Assembly (NCBI GenBank): GCA_026936335.1 | Contig: JAPMXV010000023.1 | Coordinates: 148,737 to 212,736, forward strand | Direction of reading: 5' to 3' | Length of the DNA: 64,000 nt | DNA from: Mantamonas sphyraenae STR306 | Taxonomy: Eukaryota; Protista; CRuMs | In this document: positions 10,337 to 22,910 of the stretch, in pieces | Layout: each line of letters starts with the position of its first letter | Numbering within the stretch: position 1 is the stretch's first letter | Notes under the pieces: model-generated | Databases searched by the model: none | Told to the model about the DNA's origin: nothing | The model's input: the letters and a program-made list of their open reading frames with translations, nothing else | Made by a program: the position numbers and the translations under genes

Positions 10337-12829
10337 TCACCGTCGCCTGTGGTCTTTCATCCAGCGGTTCTCATGCGGATAGTCCTCGTCCAGAACCGAA
10401 CGCTTGCCAATGGTCCAGGGCTCGGCGGTGTGCAGAATGCGCAAACGGCGCCTGTCCTTCGTGAACAGCCAGCCGGTGTCGCCCGCGTACGCAAGGTGCT
10501 TGGGGGCCACATCCTTGTTGGTGGCATACAGCGACAGGGTTGCCAAACGAGGCAGCATTTCGTTGTTGTCCATCCACACGAGCGCCGACTCGTCCAGATC
10601 GTGCAGGTAGGACAGGTTGAGTTCTTGCAGCTGCACAAAGCCACCCATGCACAGGGAGGACTGCAAGCCCTCGTTGCTCATCAGCATGCAGCCACTGATG
10701 TCCAGCTCGAGCAGACACGGCGAGAACGCAAGCGTGTACAACGTCATTTCGCTCACCATTGTCTGCGACAGATTGATGGCACAGATGCCCTCAATTGTGG
10801 CCAGCTGAGCCACACCCACGTCGGTCAGCTGCGTGCATGCCTTGAGTGACACTTTGCGCAACGGGGCCTGGTTGACCTCGAGCGCCGCTTCCAGCGTGGC
10901 GTCGTCCAAGGTGTCGTTGCCTGCGAGACGCAGCAGTTTCAGCTGGAGGCAGCGGCTGAGGATGCTGCCCAGCACATTCTGTTGCTGGTTCTGCTGTGCA
11001 GACATGGCCAGATCGCACATCGACAGATCCAACTCCTCCAGCTTGGGACACAGCTCGCCGATGCGGCTGACCGAGGCCGCATCAAAGTAGCGCCCTGCGT
11101 GCAGATCCAGTTTCTGCAGACACCAGCCCGTCTTTTCCAGCAGATGCACCAGGCTGGAGCTGCACACGGCTACGGCCTCATCCACATCTGTCAGAGGGCT
11201 GCACGGCGTCTTGATCCACTTGAGCTTTGACAGCACATGGATCTCCTCTTCCAGCCACGGGTTGTACCCGAGGCGCTCTTCGAGCTCGGCAAACTGCGGG
11301 TCCTTTTCAATGGAAGCCGGAGTCGACTCGTCGTATGCCATCAATGCAGGGGCGCACAGCGACAGCAGATGGCAGTTTGAGTCTGCAAGGATGTCCAGCA
11401 CGGACACGTTGCAGAAAGGAGGCAGCACAAGGTGTTGCAGGCGTGACATGTTGCCCAGCTGCGGCGCAGGCTGGAACAGACCCAGGCATCGGCCAATGTC
11501 CAGCCTGCGTACGTTTCTCTTGTTTTCCAGGGCCTTGGTCAGGGTCGGATCGCCCACACCCAGCGGCGCGATGGCTAGGCGCAGACTGAGCAGCTCCTGG
11601 TCCTGGTCCAATGCGTCCAGGAATGTGGGCGACACAAATGACTTTTTCAGATCTGCTGCTGAAAAGGTGTCGTTGAGGAAGGCAGACACGTTGACGGTCA
11701 GACCAAAGTGCTCGAGAGTGGGTGCCACCATCATGGCCGCCTCTGCCACACGTTTCCAATCCTGCCAGTGGGCCACGTGGTTGATGTCCAGCCAGCGCAG
11801 CTTGTGCAAATCACCCAGGTACGTCCAATACTTGCTCAGCATCGCCTCGGTCTCGCCTTCGTCGCCATGGATGTCCTCAAACGGGAACAGCAGCGTTTCG
11901 TCGCCTGCAAACTCCTCCAAATTGCCCAGCGCTGCCTCCCACCCGGTTTCGTCGTCTGCCTTGAGACCGTATGTGCACTCGCGAAACCTTCCCACATCGT
12001 AGCGCGACACGTTTTCGTTCTGCTGCCAACCCAGCTTGCAGACGCGCAAGTGCGGGGTATCTTTCACCATGTCGACCTTGGAATACACGGCAGAGTGACG
12101 CGATTCGTCGAATGACAGTACGGGTGGTTCGTACTCCACGTGCTCGGTCGCCTTCAGGGTGTGCAGGTTCATGGCAATGATGGAGTTGCGGATGGAGATG
12201 CGTCGCAGCGACCGGCCGCGAATGGCCTTGTGAAGCACTTCCCATGAAGCATGTGGCGAGTTGACCACATCCAAGCTTTCCAACTCTCGCAGCTGACGGA
12301 TCATTTCCTTCACCGAGTTGCCCTGGCGCCGGTCAAAGCCACTCAGAGTCAGGTGACGCACGTCGCGAAAGTTTTCCACCGTCTCCATGATGTAGACGGG
12401 CAGGTAGCGAAAGTTGCGCAGCTCGAGCACGCTTACAGTCTTGCTGTCACCTGCACACTCGGTCACCCACTGGATTTCGTTCCTGTAGGCGATGGCAGCG
12501 AGCAGATTTCGCGTCAACGACTCGACATCGCGTGTGCCTCCGCTCATGGAGCTGTTGTCAAAGCGCAGGCGACCCCACAGCGTCGACGTCGACGCATCCA
12601 CAGCCAGTTTCCATTGTGAGCTCACCAGGCGTAGCCGCAGCCAGTCGGGGGTGTCCAGGAACGTCAGCACACGCTCTGCGAGCTCGGTGGGGATGGTGCC
12701 CAGGTCCAGCACAAACTCGTCGTCGTCTTCGTCGTCGTAGTACTCGTCGTCGACGGAGTACTCACCCTCCTCCTCCTCCTCGTCGATGCTGTGATCGATT
12801 TCCTCAACGGGATCTGGCACTGGTTCCAT
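10337..12829 (-). CDS. F-box/leucine-rich-repeat protein (FBXL-like)
   Basis: F-box LGTIPTELAERVLTFLDTPDWLRLRLVSSQW followed by cysteine-containing LRRs (CPKLEELDLSMC, LLELDISGC, LQELNLSY). Intronless. Confidence 0.85.
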   Translation of the reverse strand: MEPVPDPVEEIDHSIDEEEEEGEYSVDDEYYDDEDDDEFVLDLGTIPTELAERVLTFLDTPDWLRLRLVSSQWKLAVDASTSTLWGRLRFDNSSMSGGTRDVESLTRNLLAAIAYRNEIQWVTECAGDSKTVSVLELRNFRYLPVYIMETVENFRDVRHLTLSGFDRRQGNSVKEMIRQLRELESLDVVNSPHASWEVLHKAIRGRSLRRISIRNSIIAMNLHTLKATEHVEYEPPVLSFDESRHSAVYSKVDMVKDTPHLRVCKLGWQQNENVSRYDVGRFRECTYGLKADDETGWEAALGNLEEFAGDETLLFPFEDIHGDEGETEAMLSKYWTYLGDLHKLRWLDINHVAHWQDWKRVAEAAMMVAPTLEHFGLTVNVSAFLNDTFSAADLKKSFVSPTFLDALDQDQELLSLRLAIAPLGVGDPTLTKALENKRNVRRLDIGRCLGLFQPAPQLGNMSRLQHLVLPPFCNVSVLDILADSNCHLLSLCAPALMAYDESTPASIEKDPQFAELEERLGYNPWLEEEIHVLSKLKWIKTPCSPLTDVDEAVAVCSSSLVHLLEKTGWCLQKLDLHAGRYFDAASVSRIGELCPKLEELDLSMCDLAMSAQQNQQQNVLGSILSRCLQLKLLRLAGNDTLDDATLEAALEVNQAPLRKVSLKACTQLTDVGVAQLATIEGICAINLSQTMVSEMTLYTLAFSPCLLELDISGCMLMSNEGLQSSLCMGGFVQLQELNLSYLHDLDESALVWMDNNEMLPRLATLSLYATNKDVAPKHLAYAGDTGWLFTKDRRRLRILHTAEPWTIGKRSVLDEDYPHENRWMKDHRRR

Positions 12830-13101
12830 GGACGAATCTGGTTTGAGGTGCCAGGGGGGCCGCCACTGGAGACAACCCTTTCTCAGAAACACCCGCTTCG
12901 GTTTTGGCCAACCAACACCGAACGGACAAGCGCACTTTGCAAACCCAAGAAAGCCTCAAAGACCTTTACACCCCACCACCCCTTGGCGGCGACACCAACC
13001 AACAGCATGGAAGAGAGCAGCGGCAGCAGCGACTCTTCTTCTTCCTCCTCCCACAAGTACCACCAGCGGAGACACGAGACCTATTGCCCACAGCAGGCAG
13101 G

Positions 13102-13901
13102 ATGTTGGGATTTTCACAGGAGCATGCAGGGATGGCACTGCTAACAGGCGGACGGGGCGAGCAAACCGAGCCCGAACGGGAGTCGCCGCCGATGCGGAAT
13201 TCCTCGCAGGAGGCGCAGCTGGACGACGCGTCCACGCACAAGAATCGATACGTGCACTACAGCAAGCGAAAGTGGAGCGATGCGGAAGACCGGCCGTTTA
13301 CGCGCAAGGAGGACACGGATCTGGGGTGGCGCAAGCAGCAGCGGACGATGGAGACGGACGACAATGCTGAGGTGGCCGGCCGAAAAAAGTTGCCTCTCAG
13401 TGCCCAAGCGCTGCAACTGGGCCAGGACGACGCCATGGTGTGCCACAGCACAAGCAGCAGCCGCGCGAGTGGTGGCACTGGAACTGGCAGTGGTCGAGGT
13501 GGTAGCAGTAGCAGTAGCAGTGGTCGTAGGAGCAGCAACGAGATGATGATGGAGGTGGAGGAGGAGAACGTGGACGAATTGATGGCCCAGCTGCTGGACA
13601 GCCTGCACGAAGACGAACGCGTGCAGCTGCACCAACTGGAAGCCATTGGAGACGATGACACGGTGGCTGAGGGGTCGTTTGGCCATGTGCTTCAACGTAC
13701 ACTGTACAACGAAGCACACCCGGACGGAGTGCGTGTGGCGGTCAAGGTGATGCGTCTGGCAGACGAACGCGCACCCACACGCACCGAAGTGCTGCAGTTT
13801 GCCAGAGAGGTACACATGCTGCAAAAGGCCCAACACGACCACGTCGTGCGCTTCTACGGGGCAGGAGCAGAGTGTGAGGAAGATGACGACGGCGACGAGG
13901 G

Positions 13902-13943
<42 letters not shown>

Positions 13944-14834
13944 TGACAATGACACACGACATCGCTGTGGTGGTGGACGTGAGGATTTGGACGACGACGA
14001 TGATGATGACGGAGCACTGGAGGAGGAGGAGGAGGACGGGGAGGAGGAGGTAGACGAAGGCGAACGAGTTACGAAGCGGCGTGGCAGGTACAGTTTGTTT
14101 CTGGTGACCGAACTGCTGGAATGTGGCGATCTGAGCATGCCCAGCGGATTGCACAGGGACGGCGCAGACGGTGCAAGCAATGCAGCAGCAGCAGCAGCAG
14201 CAGCAAACGGCACTATCTCCTGGGTCGTGGTGGGCTGATCTGCAGCATCGGCCTGGGTGTCGCCAACGCCCTCAACTGGCTCCATGAGTTGGGCATGGTG
14301 CACCACGACGTCAAGTGCAGCAATGTGCTGCTGGACCGCAACTTTGAACCGAGGCTGTGTGACTTTGGCCTGGCCAGCATGGCCGAGGAGCATGAGAAGC
14401 GCACTGTGGGCGCCGCACGGTACCTGGCACCAGAAATCAAGCGAGGCGAAGCGTTTGACGCAAAGGTCGACGTGTATGCCTTTGCCCTCATGCTGTGGGA
14501 GATGATTGCAGGCAGGCAGGCGTTTGCACAGTACGGCAACGACTCGTTGCGCGAGCTGGCTGCACGCGTCGCCGACGTCGAGTCTCCCCTACGCGAGAGC
14601 CTGGATGGCTGGCAGTTCCACGACATGCCCGACGACCTGCTCCAGCTCATCCGTGACTGCTGGGCCGCACGCGGATGCGACAGACCCGCCATGTCCGAGG
14701 TTGTCGAACGCCTCGCCGCCATGGATTGCCAACCTGCAACCTCGGAAGACTGCAGCTGGCTTTGGGACCATCGGTTCATCCGTGACCTCACCGTTAGCAC
14801 CAGCTACGACGATCTGGCAAACATCATCGAATGA
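13102..14834 (+). CDS. Tyrosine-kinase-like (TKL) Ser/Thr protein kinase; start uncertain (13007, 13102 or 13132); one-base frame break near 14232
   Basis: AEGSFGHV, VAVK, helix-C FAREV and LFLVTE in ORF 12904-14238. HHDVKCSN, DFG, YLAPE, DVYAFALMLWEM and CW...RP in the -1 frame ORF 14121-14834. Confidence 0.85.
13906..13941 (+). repeat. (AGC)n microsatellite encoding poly-Ser inside the kinase insert; similar tracts at ~2484-2520 and ~20263-20290
   Basis: Directly visible AGC runs. Confidence 0.85.
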
Positions 14835-14957
14835 AGAACAAAATTGATTGCGCGCAAAGCTGCTGCAACGCGTTCAAACACCAGAAGGTCCATGTTGAGG
14901 CGCAAGAGCTGTGGAACGTGTTTCATTCTCCGTGAGAGGACATTCATTCAACACATC

Positions 14958-17900
14958 TCAGTGACCCACGTGCAGGTGTGCCGTGGCGTGGTGACGTTGG
15001 CCATCCTTGGGCGACGTGCCATGCATGGTGCCCTGCAGGGCGCTGACGGTAGCCAGGTCCGACGAGGTGCGCTTGCGATTCGACTTGCGTCCTACAGACA
15101 CGCTGGCCACTGCGCCAAAGCCTCCCATGCCGTCAACAGCAGCTGCGGCTGTGGGCGACTCGCCACGCACGCTTTCTTCCCGCTCCTTGTCCAGCTTGAG
15201 CAGATCGGTGGCGCCAGAGAATTTGTCCAACTGTTGCAGCTCAAACTCCTTGAACTGCTCCAGGTCGTTCATCAGCAGGTCACGCGACCAGCGGCGTTGC
15301 TTGCGTACGTTGAAGCTCACCTTTGTGTCGCCGTCCTTCTTGGCCTGCTCTTCCTCTTCCTTGGTCTGCGTGATCTGCAGCATGATGTTCTTGTCCGAGT
15401 CGTGCAGGTCGCGCTGCACAAGGAAGATTTCGAGAATGAGGGCCACCACCAAGTTGACCACAATCATGACCACAATGATGGTGAAAATGACAAAGAAGTA
15501 CGACGCGTACGGGTTCGTGGCTTCCATGTGCGCGTACATCACGCCATGCCAATTGCTTGTCGTCAGCAGCTGGAACAGCACAATGTACGACGAGCCAATG
15601 TTGTCAAAGTTAAAGTCCTTGATGGACGAGGCGTACGTGCCCTGCGCAGCTGTGCGGTGCGCAATCTTGGCATACGCGCCGCCAAACACCTCCATGCCGA
15701 TGCCTGCGAAGAAATAGAAAATGATGATGATGAGGAAGCACATGGTGGTGAACGCAGGCACAATGCGCACAAACGTGCTGATGAGCACGCGGAAGCGGCG
15801 GCCCGTGGCAAACACGCGCAGCGAACGGAAGCCGCGCACGAGCTTGAGCAAGCGGAAGACGACCACCAGCCGTGCCGAGCCTGCGCCTTGGCCATTGGTG
15901 AGCACAAACGGGAGCACAAACGACACCCAGCTCATGACGACAATGAGGGCGTCAAACTGGTTCCAGCCGTCGCTGAAGTAACCGTGCAGGCCGAGGGCAA
16001 TCAGCTTCAGGAACATTTCCAGCGTAAAGAGGCACAGGATGATGAGGTCAAACGTGTCCAGCACCGCCTCTTCTTGTGCGCTGATGCCGTACCGGTACAG
16101 GCAGAGCACGATGGTGTTTACAAGGATGAGGACAAGCACACCTGTGGTGAAGGCAGAGTGCGTGGTGATCTTCTGAAACGTGTCGCGATGCAGGTTCTCG
16201 TTGCACCACTTGCGCCAAGTGGCCGGGAAGAAGAGGTCGATGTCGGTGAGCTTGGTGAAGCGCAGGAGCATGAGGTCACAAAACTCAAAGAATTCGAGGA
16301 CGTCAATGGTGCCGCTGTTGTCCGTGTCCAGGGTCTCGAACAGCAGGCGGATCTGCCGAGGCAAGATGTCTGGCTTGAGCTTGATCATGAGGCTCTCCCA
16401 CACCTCGAGGGTGACGTAGCCCTTGCCCTCGTCGAGGGTGTGGAAGGCGGCCATGAGTGCGCGGCGTTCCTTGACGCGGTCGTGGAGGACCTGACGCTGC
16501 ATCTGGACCTTGTAGGCGTCGTAAACGACGGCAATGAGCACAGAGAGACCGATGTACAGGCCGATGACGATGAAGATGATGAAAAACAGGGAGTAGGCCG
16601 GGGACTGGCGATAGGCCGGCACCATGACGCCTGGGTAGTTTTCGGTGGTGATGAGCGCAAACAGGGCGAGGAGAGCAGAGGGAAAGTCGTCAAAGTTTTC
16701 GATGGCGACGCTGCCGTCCGGGTTGCGGTAAACGCCTGCAAAGAGCTGGACGCCGGCGATGGCAAAGACGATGAGGAGGCCGAGGATGACGCCGGCCATC
16801 TCGGCAATGTTGGGCACGGTCTTGACAAAGGTGTTGAGCACGTTGCGCATCTTGTGGTGAAAGATGAGGAGGAGCAAGCCGCGGAGCGGGCGTGTGATGT
16901 GCACGGTGGCGAAGCCCGAGGCGCCGTAGATGATGGTGTCGATGAGGAGGACGAGGGTAAAGATGAGTTGGAAGTAGTTGCGCTTCTTTTTGAAGAAGTA
17001 CTTGGGCCCCATCTGGTAGAAGTTCATGGCAAAGTCTGTCAGTTCGACGACGATGCAGCACCATTCGATGATGTAGGCAATCATCTCGTAGGGAGATGTG
17101 TTTGTGGACCGGAGGGCGGAGGAAGGCGACTCGAGGACAATGACACACATGTGGAGGAGGACGGCCAGGTAGAGGAGTCCGCGCCACTGGTCGCTGAACA
17201 TAAAGTTGTACACGCGGAGAGGCCACTTGGAGAGACGGTGAGATTTGACGGTACGGCCATTGATGGCTTCGTTGATGTAATGTGTGGCACGGTCGAGGCG
17301 CTGCTCGGCCGTCTTGGGCTGCGACTTTGTGTGAAGCCAGAAGCCTCCCTTGTCCTTCTTCTTCTTCATTGGAGTGGCACCATCGAGGGAGCCTGCTGCG
17401 TCGGCCATCTCTGCGTCCTTCTTGGCCGAGGTTTCGTCTGGAGGAGGAGTTGTGTCATGTGCATGGGGGGGCGGTGGGTTGCACGGGGGAACGAGGGGGC
17501 ATCAGTGTCAGAAGTGGGTGTGTGTGGGAGCACGGCAGACGGGGGAACGGGGTGAGAGGGACGTCGAGGGATCGGCAGGCAGGAGGGGTGGACATACGCT
17601 GGACAATGAGGCGATCGAGGTCATGGGCACTGGACTTTTTCGAGCCTCGGAGGTACTGGTCGAGGGCGACGTTGTCGGCCTGCTGGACAATGTTGCCGAC
17701 AAGGCCGACTGTGGGAGACGGGAGGGATGGACGGGTTGGGTACAGGAGCAGTGTGTGAGCAGACTGGATAGGGAGGAAATGGGAGGTGGGCGCTTGACGG
17801 GCGGGGAGGAAAAGTGCGCTTTTTCACAAAAACATGCGTCGGCTCACAGGCGTGCAATTTCGGGACGTGTGTGCAAGGGTAGACAGGGAGAGGAGGCAAG

Positions 17901-19042
17901 GGGAAAAGGGCCAAGGGACGTCAGGGCAGAGGGTGGCCCAGGGACGACATGTGGGAGGTGGCAGATGCGCAGGGATGGGAAATGGGAAGCGAAGGAAGCG
18001 AAGGCGAGGAGGCGGTTGAGAAATGAAACGGTGGAGTTGGGAAATCCGAGCCAAGAAAGGCAAACGGCGGCTCAAGGCAAGGCCAAAGCAAGTTGCGGGC
18101 GAGAGGAGGGCACTTACGTCCTTGGAGGGCCATGGCAACCTCGTTCTTGTTGCGGAGAAAGAGGGGCTGGTGTGGTTCGGCCTGTGTGGAGCCGCCGGAA
18201 CGTCGCTTGACCTTGTTCATGGCGCCCTTGAGAGCCTTGGTGGCCTTGTTTCCCTTGTTTTCCTTCTTCTTGTGCTCTTTGCTGAGGTCACCGAGACGCA
18301 TGACACGATCGAGCTCAGGGTTCTTGCGAGCGGCACTGCCTCCGCGCAAGGAGGACTTCAGTTCCATGGCCTGTGCGACGGTGCTGTCGGTGCGCTCCAA
18401 ACTCGCACCGGAAGGGAAGCGCACATTGCGCGCCGACTTGCGGCGTACAGGTTGTGGCACGGCAGCATCGGTGGCCTTTGTGGCAGATGCGTCGCCCTCA
18501 GCTGCGTCTGTGTCCATATTGTCGTCGCCCTGCGGCTCGTTCGAGTCGGCGTGGGGTCCTGCGAGGATTCCGGGATTTGCCTCCCGCTCGTCTTTGTCTT
18601 CTTCAGCGTCGGCTTCGTCGTCCTCCTCCTCTTCCTGCTGTGCTGCCTGATGGCCACTGAGCTGGTTATCGCTGTCGTTGCTGCCGTCGCTATCGTCGTC
18701 GTCGTCGTCGTCGTCGTCGTCTTCGTCGGCGAGCTGTTGCTCCTCGACTCCGTCGTCGACGGCCGGTGTCTGCGACTGGTCGTCGCTCTCAGCGTCAACA
18801 CCGGTGTCTGCAGCGTCGCTGGCGTCTGCTGCGTCTGCGGCTTGCATTTGCATAGCCACTGCGTCGGTGTTGGTGTTGGTTGTGTCTTCCAAAGCAATCT
18901 CTTCGGCGTCGATGCTGGCGTTGCTCGTGCGCGAGCCGCGGCGATTGAGCGCGCCACGCAGACCCTGGCTACCGTGGCGAACGGCAGACTGGGCTTTACG
19001 GATGACGGCTGTCTTTTCCGGAGTACTTCCTGTGTCAGACAT
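14958..19042 (-). CDS. TPCN: Two-pore channel (TPC) with EF-hand linker and long acidic N-terminal extension; exons 19042-18118, 17708-17598, 17437-14958 (about 1171 aa)
   Basis: Two 6TM repeats with pore motifs LITTENYPGVM and LLTTSNWHGVM, S4 RLLKLVRGFRSLR, and EF loop DTDNSGTIDVLE. Introns GTAAGT..CAG (18117-17709) and GTATGT..CAG (17597-17438) join in frame. Confidence 0.9.
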
Positions 19043-19159
19043 TCCAGTCGGTGTCGGTGTTTGTCTGCGGTGGTGGGTGGAAGGTTGGGTGGCGGCGCGC
19101 CACCACCCACCAACGCAAACCGAAAACGTGTTGGCCACCCGCGGAGCACAGGCGCCAAG

Positions 19160-20259
19160 ATGAACATTGTGGAGTTTGAAAAGGAGAACAACGCACTGCT
19201 GACGTATCTCAAGTACCAAACGGAGGATTTGCTTGTGTGGAGGGCGATCGTGCGGCACAGGCCTGCGATCCTTGTGCCTCACTCGGCCGAGATGGACAAG
19301 GTGTTGCCACTGACCAAGGCATTTGCACGCAACCACGTGGCGCTGATGTCAGACGACGTCTCTGGAAGCGAGCAGGACGAAGAAGCCTGGGCTGTGCATC
19401 GGCGCTTTGTGACGCTGTCCGGGTTGTCAGGCCTGGTGTTCCCCAAGGACAACCGGTTGACCGTGCTGCAGGCGCCTTCGGGCATTACGTCGCCCTCGCT
19501 GTCGCGTCTCAAGACACTGGTGCATTCGGGTGAGTGGGGCGAGAGCGAGGCGTGGTGGGAGAGGGCATCCGCCACGGGGCGTGTACGCAAAGCAAGGATG
19601 CTGACTCACAAACGGACACATGGACACCACCGGTGAAATCACACCTCGATGACGCATGGCATGTGTGTGCGCCGTCTGTGTGTGGCCAACCAGATCCCGT
19701 GTTTCGGATGTGGGAGCAGCTGAAGGACAAGGCTGCGGCTGCGGCGGCGCTCCACTCGCCGTATGTGATGCGAGAGGCGGAAGTGGAAGTGACGGTGCCG
19801 GAAATGATTGCAAACGACCTGCAGATGGACGAGGAGGAGGAGAGGGTGTACACCCTGCCGCTGTATCTGATCTCTGCAGTGGTCAAGTGCGACACGGGCC
19901 TGGAGGACGTTGTGGAGAGCAGCGAGGGCAGCGGGAGCAGTGCCGGAGGGGTCAGTGGCACCAAAGACGATGAGAAAGTGCGCACACGGGACGACTCTGC
20001 GCTGGCTGGGGGCAGCGGACGTGGGGCGAGTGCAGCGAGGGCGGCTGTGGCGGAGCAGCAGCGCGGCCTGGCGAAGCGAAGCGTGTCCCTAAGCGCAGCA
20101 CAGGGCAAAGAGAAATTGCGCAAGGAGAACAATTTGCAGATGGCAGTGGAGGAGAGCAGGTCGGCAACAAGCAAGGGTGGCTCGTCGTTCTTCTCGTCCT
20201 TGCAAGTGAAGGAACCGCACGTCGGAGGCACAGACGAGGAGGTTCAGGTGACAGCCGAG

Positions 20260-20296
<37 letters not shown>

Positions 20297-21549
20297 GTGG
20301 CGATGGAAGTGGAGGAGGAGGAAGCAGTGGCAGCGGAAACACACGGACACGCAAGGCAAGCGATGCAGTGGCAGCGGAAGAGGTGGAACAAGAATCGCCA
20401 AGCAAAGAGGGCAAAACGACGACCACGGGCTCCATCAGCTTCCAGAGCTTTCTGTCCAAGATGAAGAACGCAGCCGCAAGAGATGTGGTGATTTCGCTGA
20501 AGCAGTTTATTCAGCGGTTTCGGCTGCTGCCCGAGACACTGAGCAGCGACGAGCTCGCGGCAGAGCTGACTGGGTTTATCGAAACGACGATGGAGGAGCT
20601 TGTGGAACACCCGCTGTGGCGTAATGCAAGCGAGCTGGAGATGGAAAACACGCTGGAGGGCCTGGAGAAGTATCTGCTGACAAAGGTGTACAACCGTGCG
20701 TTTGCGCCACGCGGAGAGACAGACCACGAGAGGGACTGGGAAGTGAGCATGCACCTACGCTGCCTGCAGTTTGTGGGGCCCAAGCAGCTGGACGTGGAGG
20801 GGGAGCTCGTGAAGAACGAAAACTTTGAGCTGGCAAAAGGAGAGTTGCAGAAGATCAATTCGTTCAAGGCGCCCCTGGACAAACTGATCTGCATTTTGAA
20901 CACATGCCGGCTGATTGGTCGCATTTTGGACGCACACAAGGAAGGGGCAGGGGCGGACGAGTTTCTGCCGCTGCTGGTGCTTGTGATTCTGCAAGCGAAC
21001 CCGCCGCACCTGGTATCGAACCTGGAGTATGTGAGTGCGTTTAGGAATAGCGGAGGCATGGCGGGCGAGACGATGTACTATTACACACAGGTGTGGAGTG
21101 CAGTGCAGTACCTGCGGGATCTGAAAGGGGCCAAGCAGTTGAGTGGAATGGAGCAGGAGGAGTTTGACAGGCTGTACCAGGGCAACCAAAAGCGTCTGGA
21201 GGCCGAAATGGGCGGAGAGAGTGTAGACGACGAGCACACAGGGCAGTGGGAGGTGGTGTCGAGCAGTGTGCGGCCCACCGGAGTCGGAGAGGCGGGAATG
21301 AGCACACCGACACATGGGATGGGCAACAGCAGCGCCTTGGGTGGCTTGGGAGGCAGCAACGTAACGCCGGCCAAGAGCGAACTGGTGCAGGAGCTGGTGC
21401 AGCCGGACGATCGCTTTCTGCAGATGGATTTCGACCAGCTGACCATGGCAGACGTGAAGGAGCTTTTGGAGAAGTATCAGAGGTTGGTGCATGAGCGTGA
21501 TGTGTTGCGTCTGTTGGTGGGGCAGCTGAAGGAGCAATTGGGACAATGA
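19160..21549 (+). CDS. VPS9-domain Rab5-family GEF (Rabex-5/Vps9-like); exons 19160-19529, 19694-21549
   Basis: Helical bundle LEGLEKYLLTKVY, VPS9 motifs KAPLDKLICI, GADEFLPLL, PPHLVSNLEYV, GETMYY, and C-terminal LTMADVKELLEKY. Confidence 0.9.
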
Positions 21550-21589
21550 GCGGCGAGTCTGCCAACAAAAAGAAACATCCGTGCAGAGA

Positions 21590-22905
21590 ATGAGTGAGAC
21601 GTTGAGCCTGGCGGATGCACACGTGCTTGGTTTTGACATGGATCACACGATCATCCGGTACAATGTGGAGTTGCTGGAGTCGATTGTGCACGAGTCGACG
21701 TGGGACTTTTTGGAGAAGGAGATCGGGCTGCCGGACGGCGTGACCCGAAGCGAATATGTCCACAACTCGACGACGCGGGGTGTGCTGGTGGACATGGAGA
21801 ACGGATGGATGCTGCAGATTGGCAAGGATGGCCAGATTCTGCAGGCTCGGCAGGGCCGGGAAATGCAGCCGGAAGAAATTGCCGCGGCGTACGGAGAGGA
21901 GATGCGCATTGAGTACGACGCGTTGGCAAGCACAAACACAGATCGTTTCCATGCGTGTCACAGCTACTTTGAGCTGCCCATGCTGGCCATCTTTGGCGAA
22001 CTGGCGAGCGTGTTTGAAGAGTACAGCGGCTGGGCATGGAGCGACTACAAGGGACTGTACGACACCATCATCAGCAGCTTTGACTTTAACTTTGGAAGCA
22101 TGACTCGTGGGGTGTTCTTTCCGCGTGTGATGAAGGAGCTGGACCAGCTGATCTACAAGCGGCCGTCAGTGCGCACATGGCTGGAGAAGCTGCACACAGA
22201 AGGCAAGGTGGTCGTGTTGGCGACCAACAGCAAGGCAGACTACACGAATTTGCTGATGACACATGCGTATGGGGAGGACTGGCGGTCGTTGTTCGACGTG
22301 GTGCTGTGCCGCTGCGGCAAGCCGCGATTCTTCACAGAGAAGCGAGACTTTGTGGAGGTGTTGGACATGGACAATGCTGAGTATGGAGAGACGACGACGA
22401 CCCTGGAGGTGGGCAAGGTGTATGAAAACGGCACGCAGAGGCAATGATTGCGAGCATCGAGGCGTGGGGCACGTGGGAGATTGGATCGACGGCAAAGGAG
22501 GCAAGGTGGACACGTGCGGACAATGACGAGGTGCTCAAGGTGGTCTACTTTGGTGACCACGTGATTGCGGACGTGGTGTCCAGCAAACTGCACTGCGACT
22601 GGCACACGGTGGCCATTGTGGAGGAGCTGAACGACGTGGAGGAGACAATGGACAGCGAGGGCAACATGGTGGACGGCAAGGGGACGACAGCAACACGATA
22701 CGGCGACTGGGGCCATTTCCTGCTCGGCAACAAGGACGACGACGTATTGTCGTACTGGGCACATGTGGTGTGTGACAACGCGTCCACGGTGACTCCGTGT
22801 CTCAGCCATCTGGTAGAACTGGAGCTGGACTATGAGCACCAGCCACTGGCTGTGCAGCTGCAGGAGAAGATGGGAGTGGAGATTCCGTCCTCGGTGGACA
22901 ATTGA
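21590..22905 (+). CDS. HAD-superfamily 5'-nucleotidase (NT5DC-like); one-base frame break near 22431
   Basis: Motif I GFDMDHT, motif II LATNS, motif III KPRFF. Motif IV VVYFGDHVIADV and WHTVAIVEEL lie in the -1 frame. Confidence 0.88.
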
Positions 22906-22910
22906 AGCGT

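Noticed and set aside
14844-17555. 903-aa plus-strand ORF antisense to TPC (likewise 25823-28708, 30213-32393, 35747-37834, 40371-42587 and ORFs opposite MROH1/DMXL)
   Set aside because: Shadow ORFs: GC-rich codon bias removes stop codons on the antisense strand. The translations have no recognisable motifs and overlap clearly conserved genes.
21590-22905. Pseudogene status for frameshifted genes (NT5DC, kinase, DMXL, VPS9 no. 2), or bacterial-style ATGA translational coupling
   Set aside because: Each gene has a single break with all motifs intact on both sides. The breaks split single domains or low-complexity runs, so sequence error is more parsimonious.
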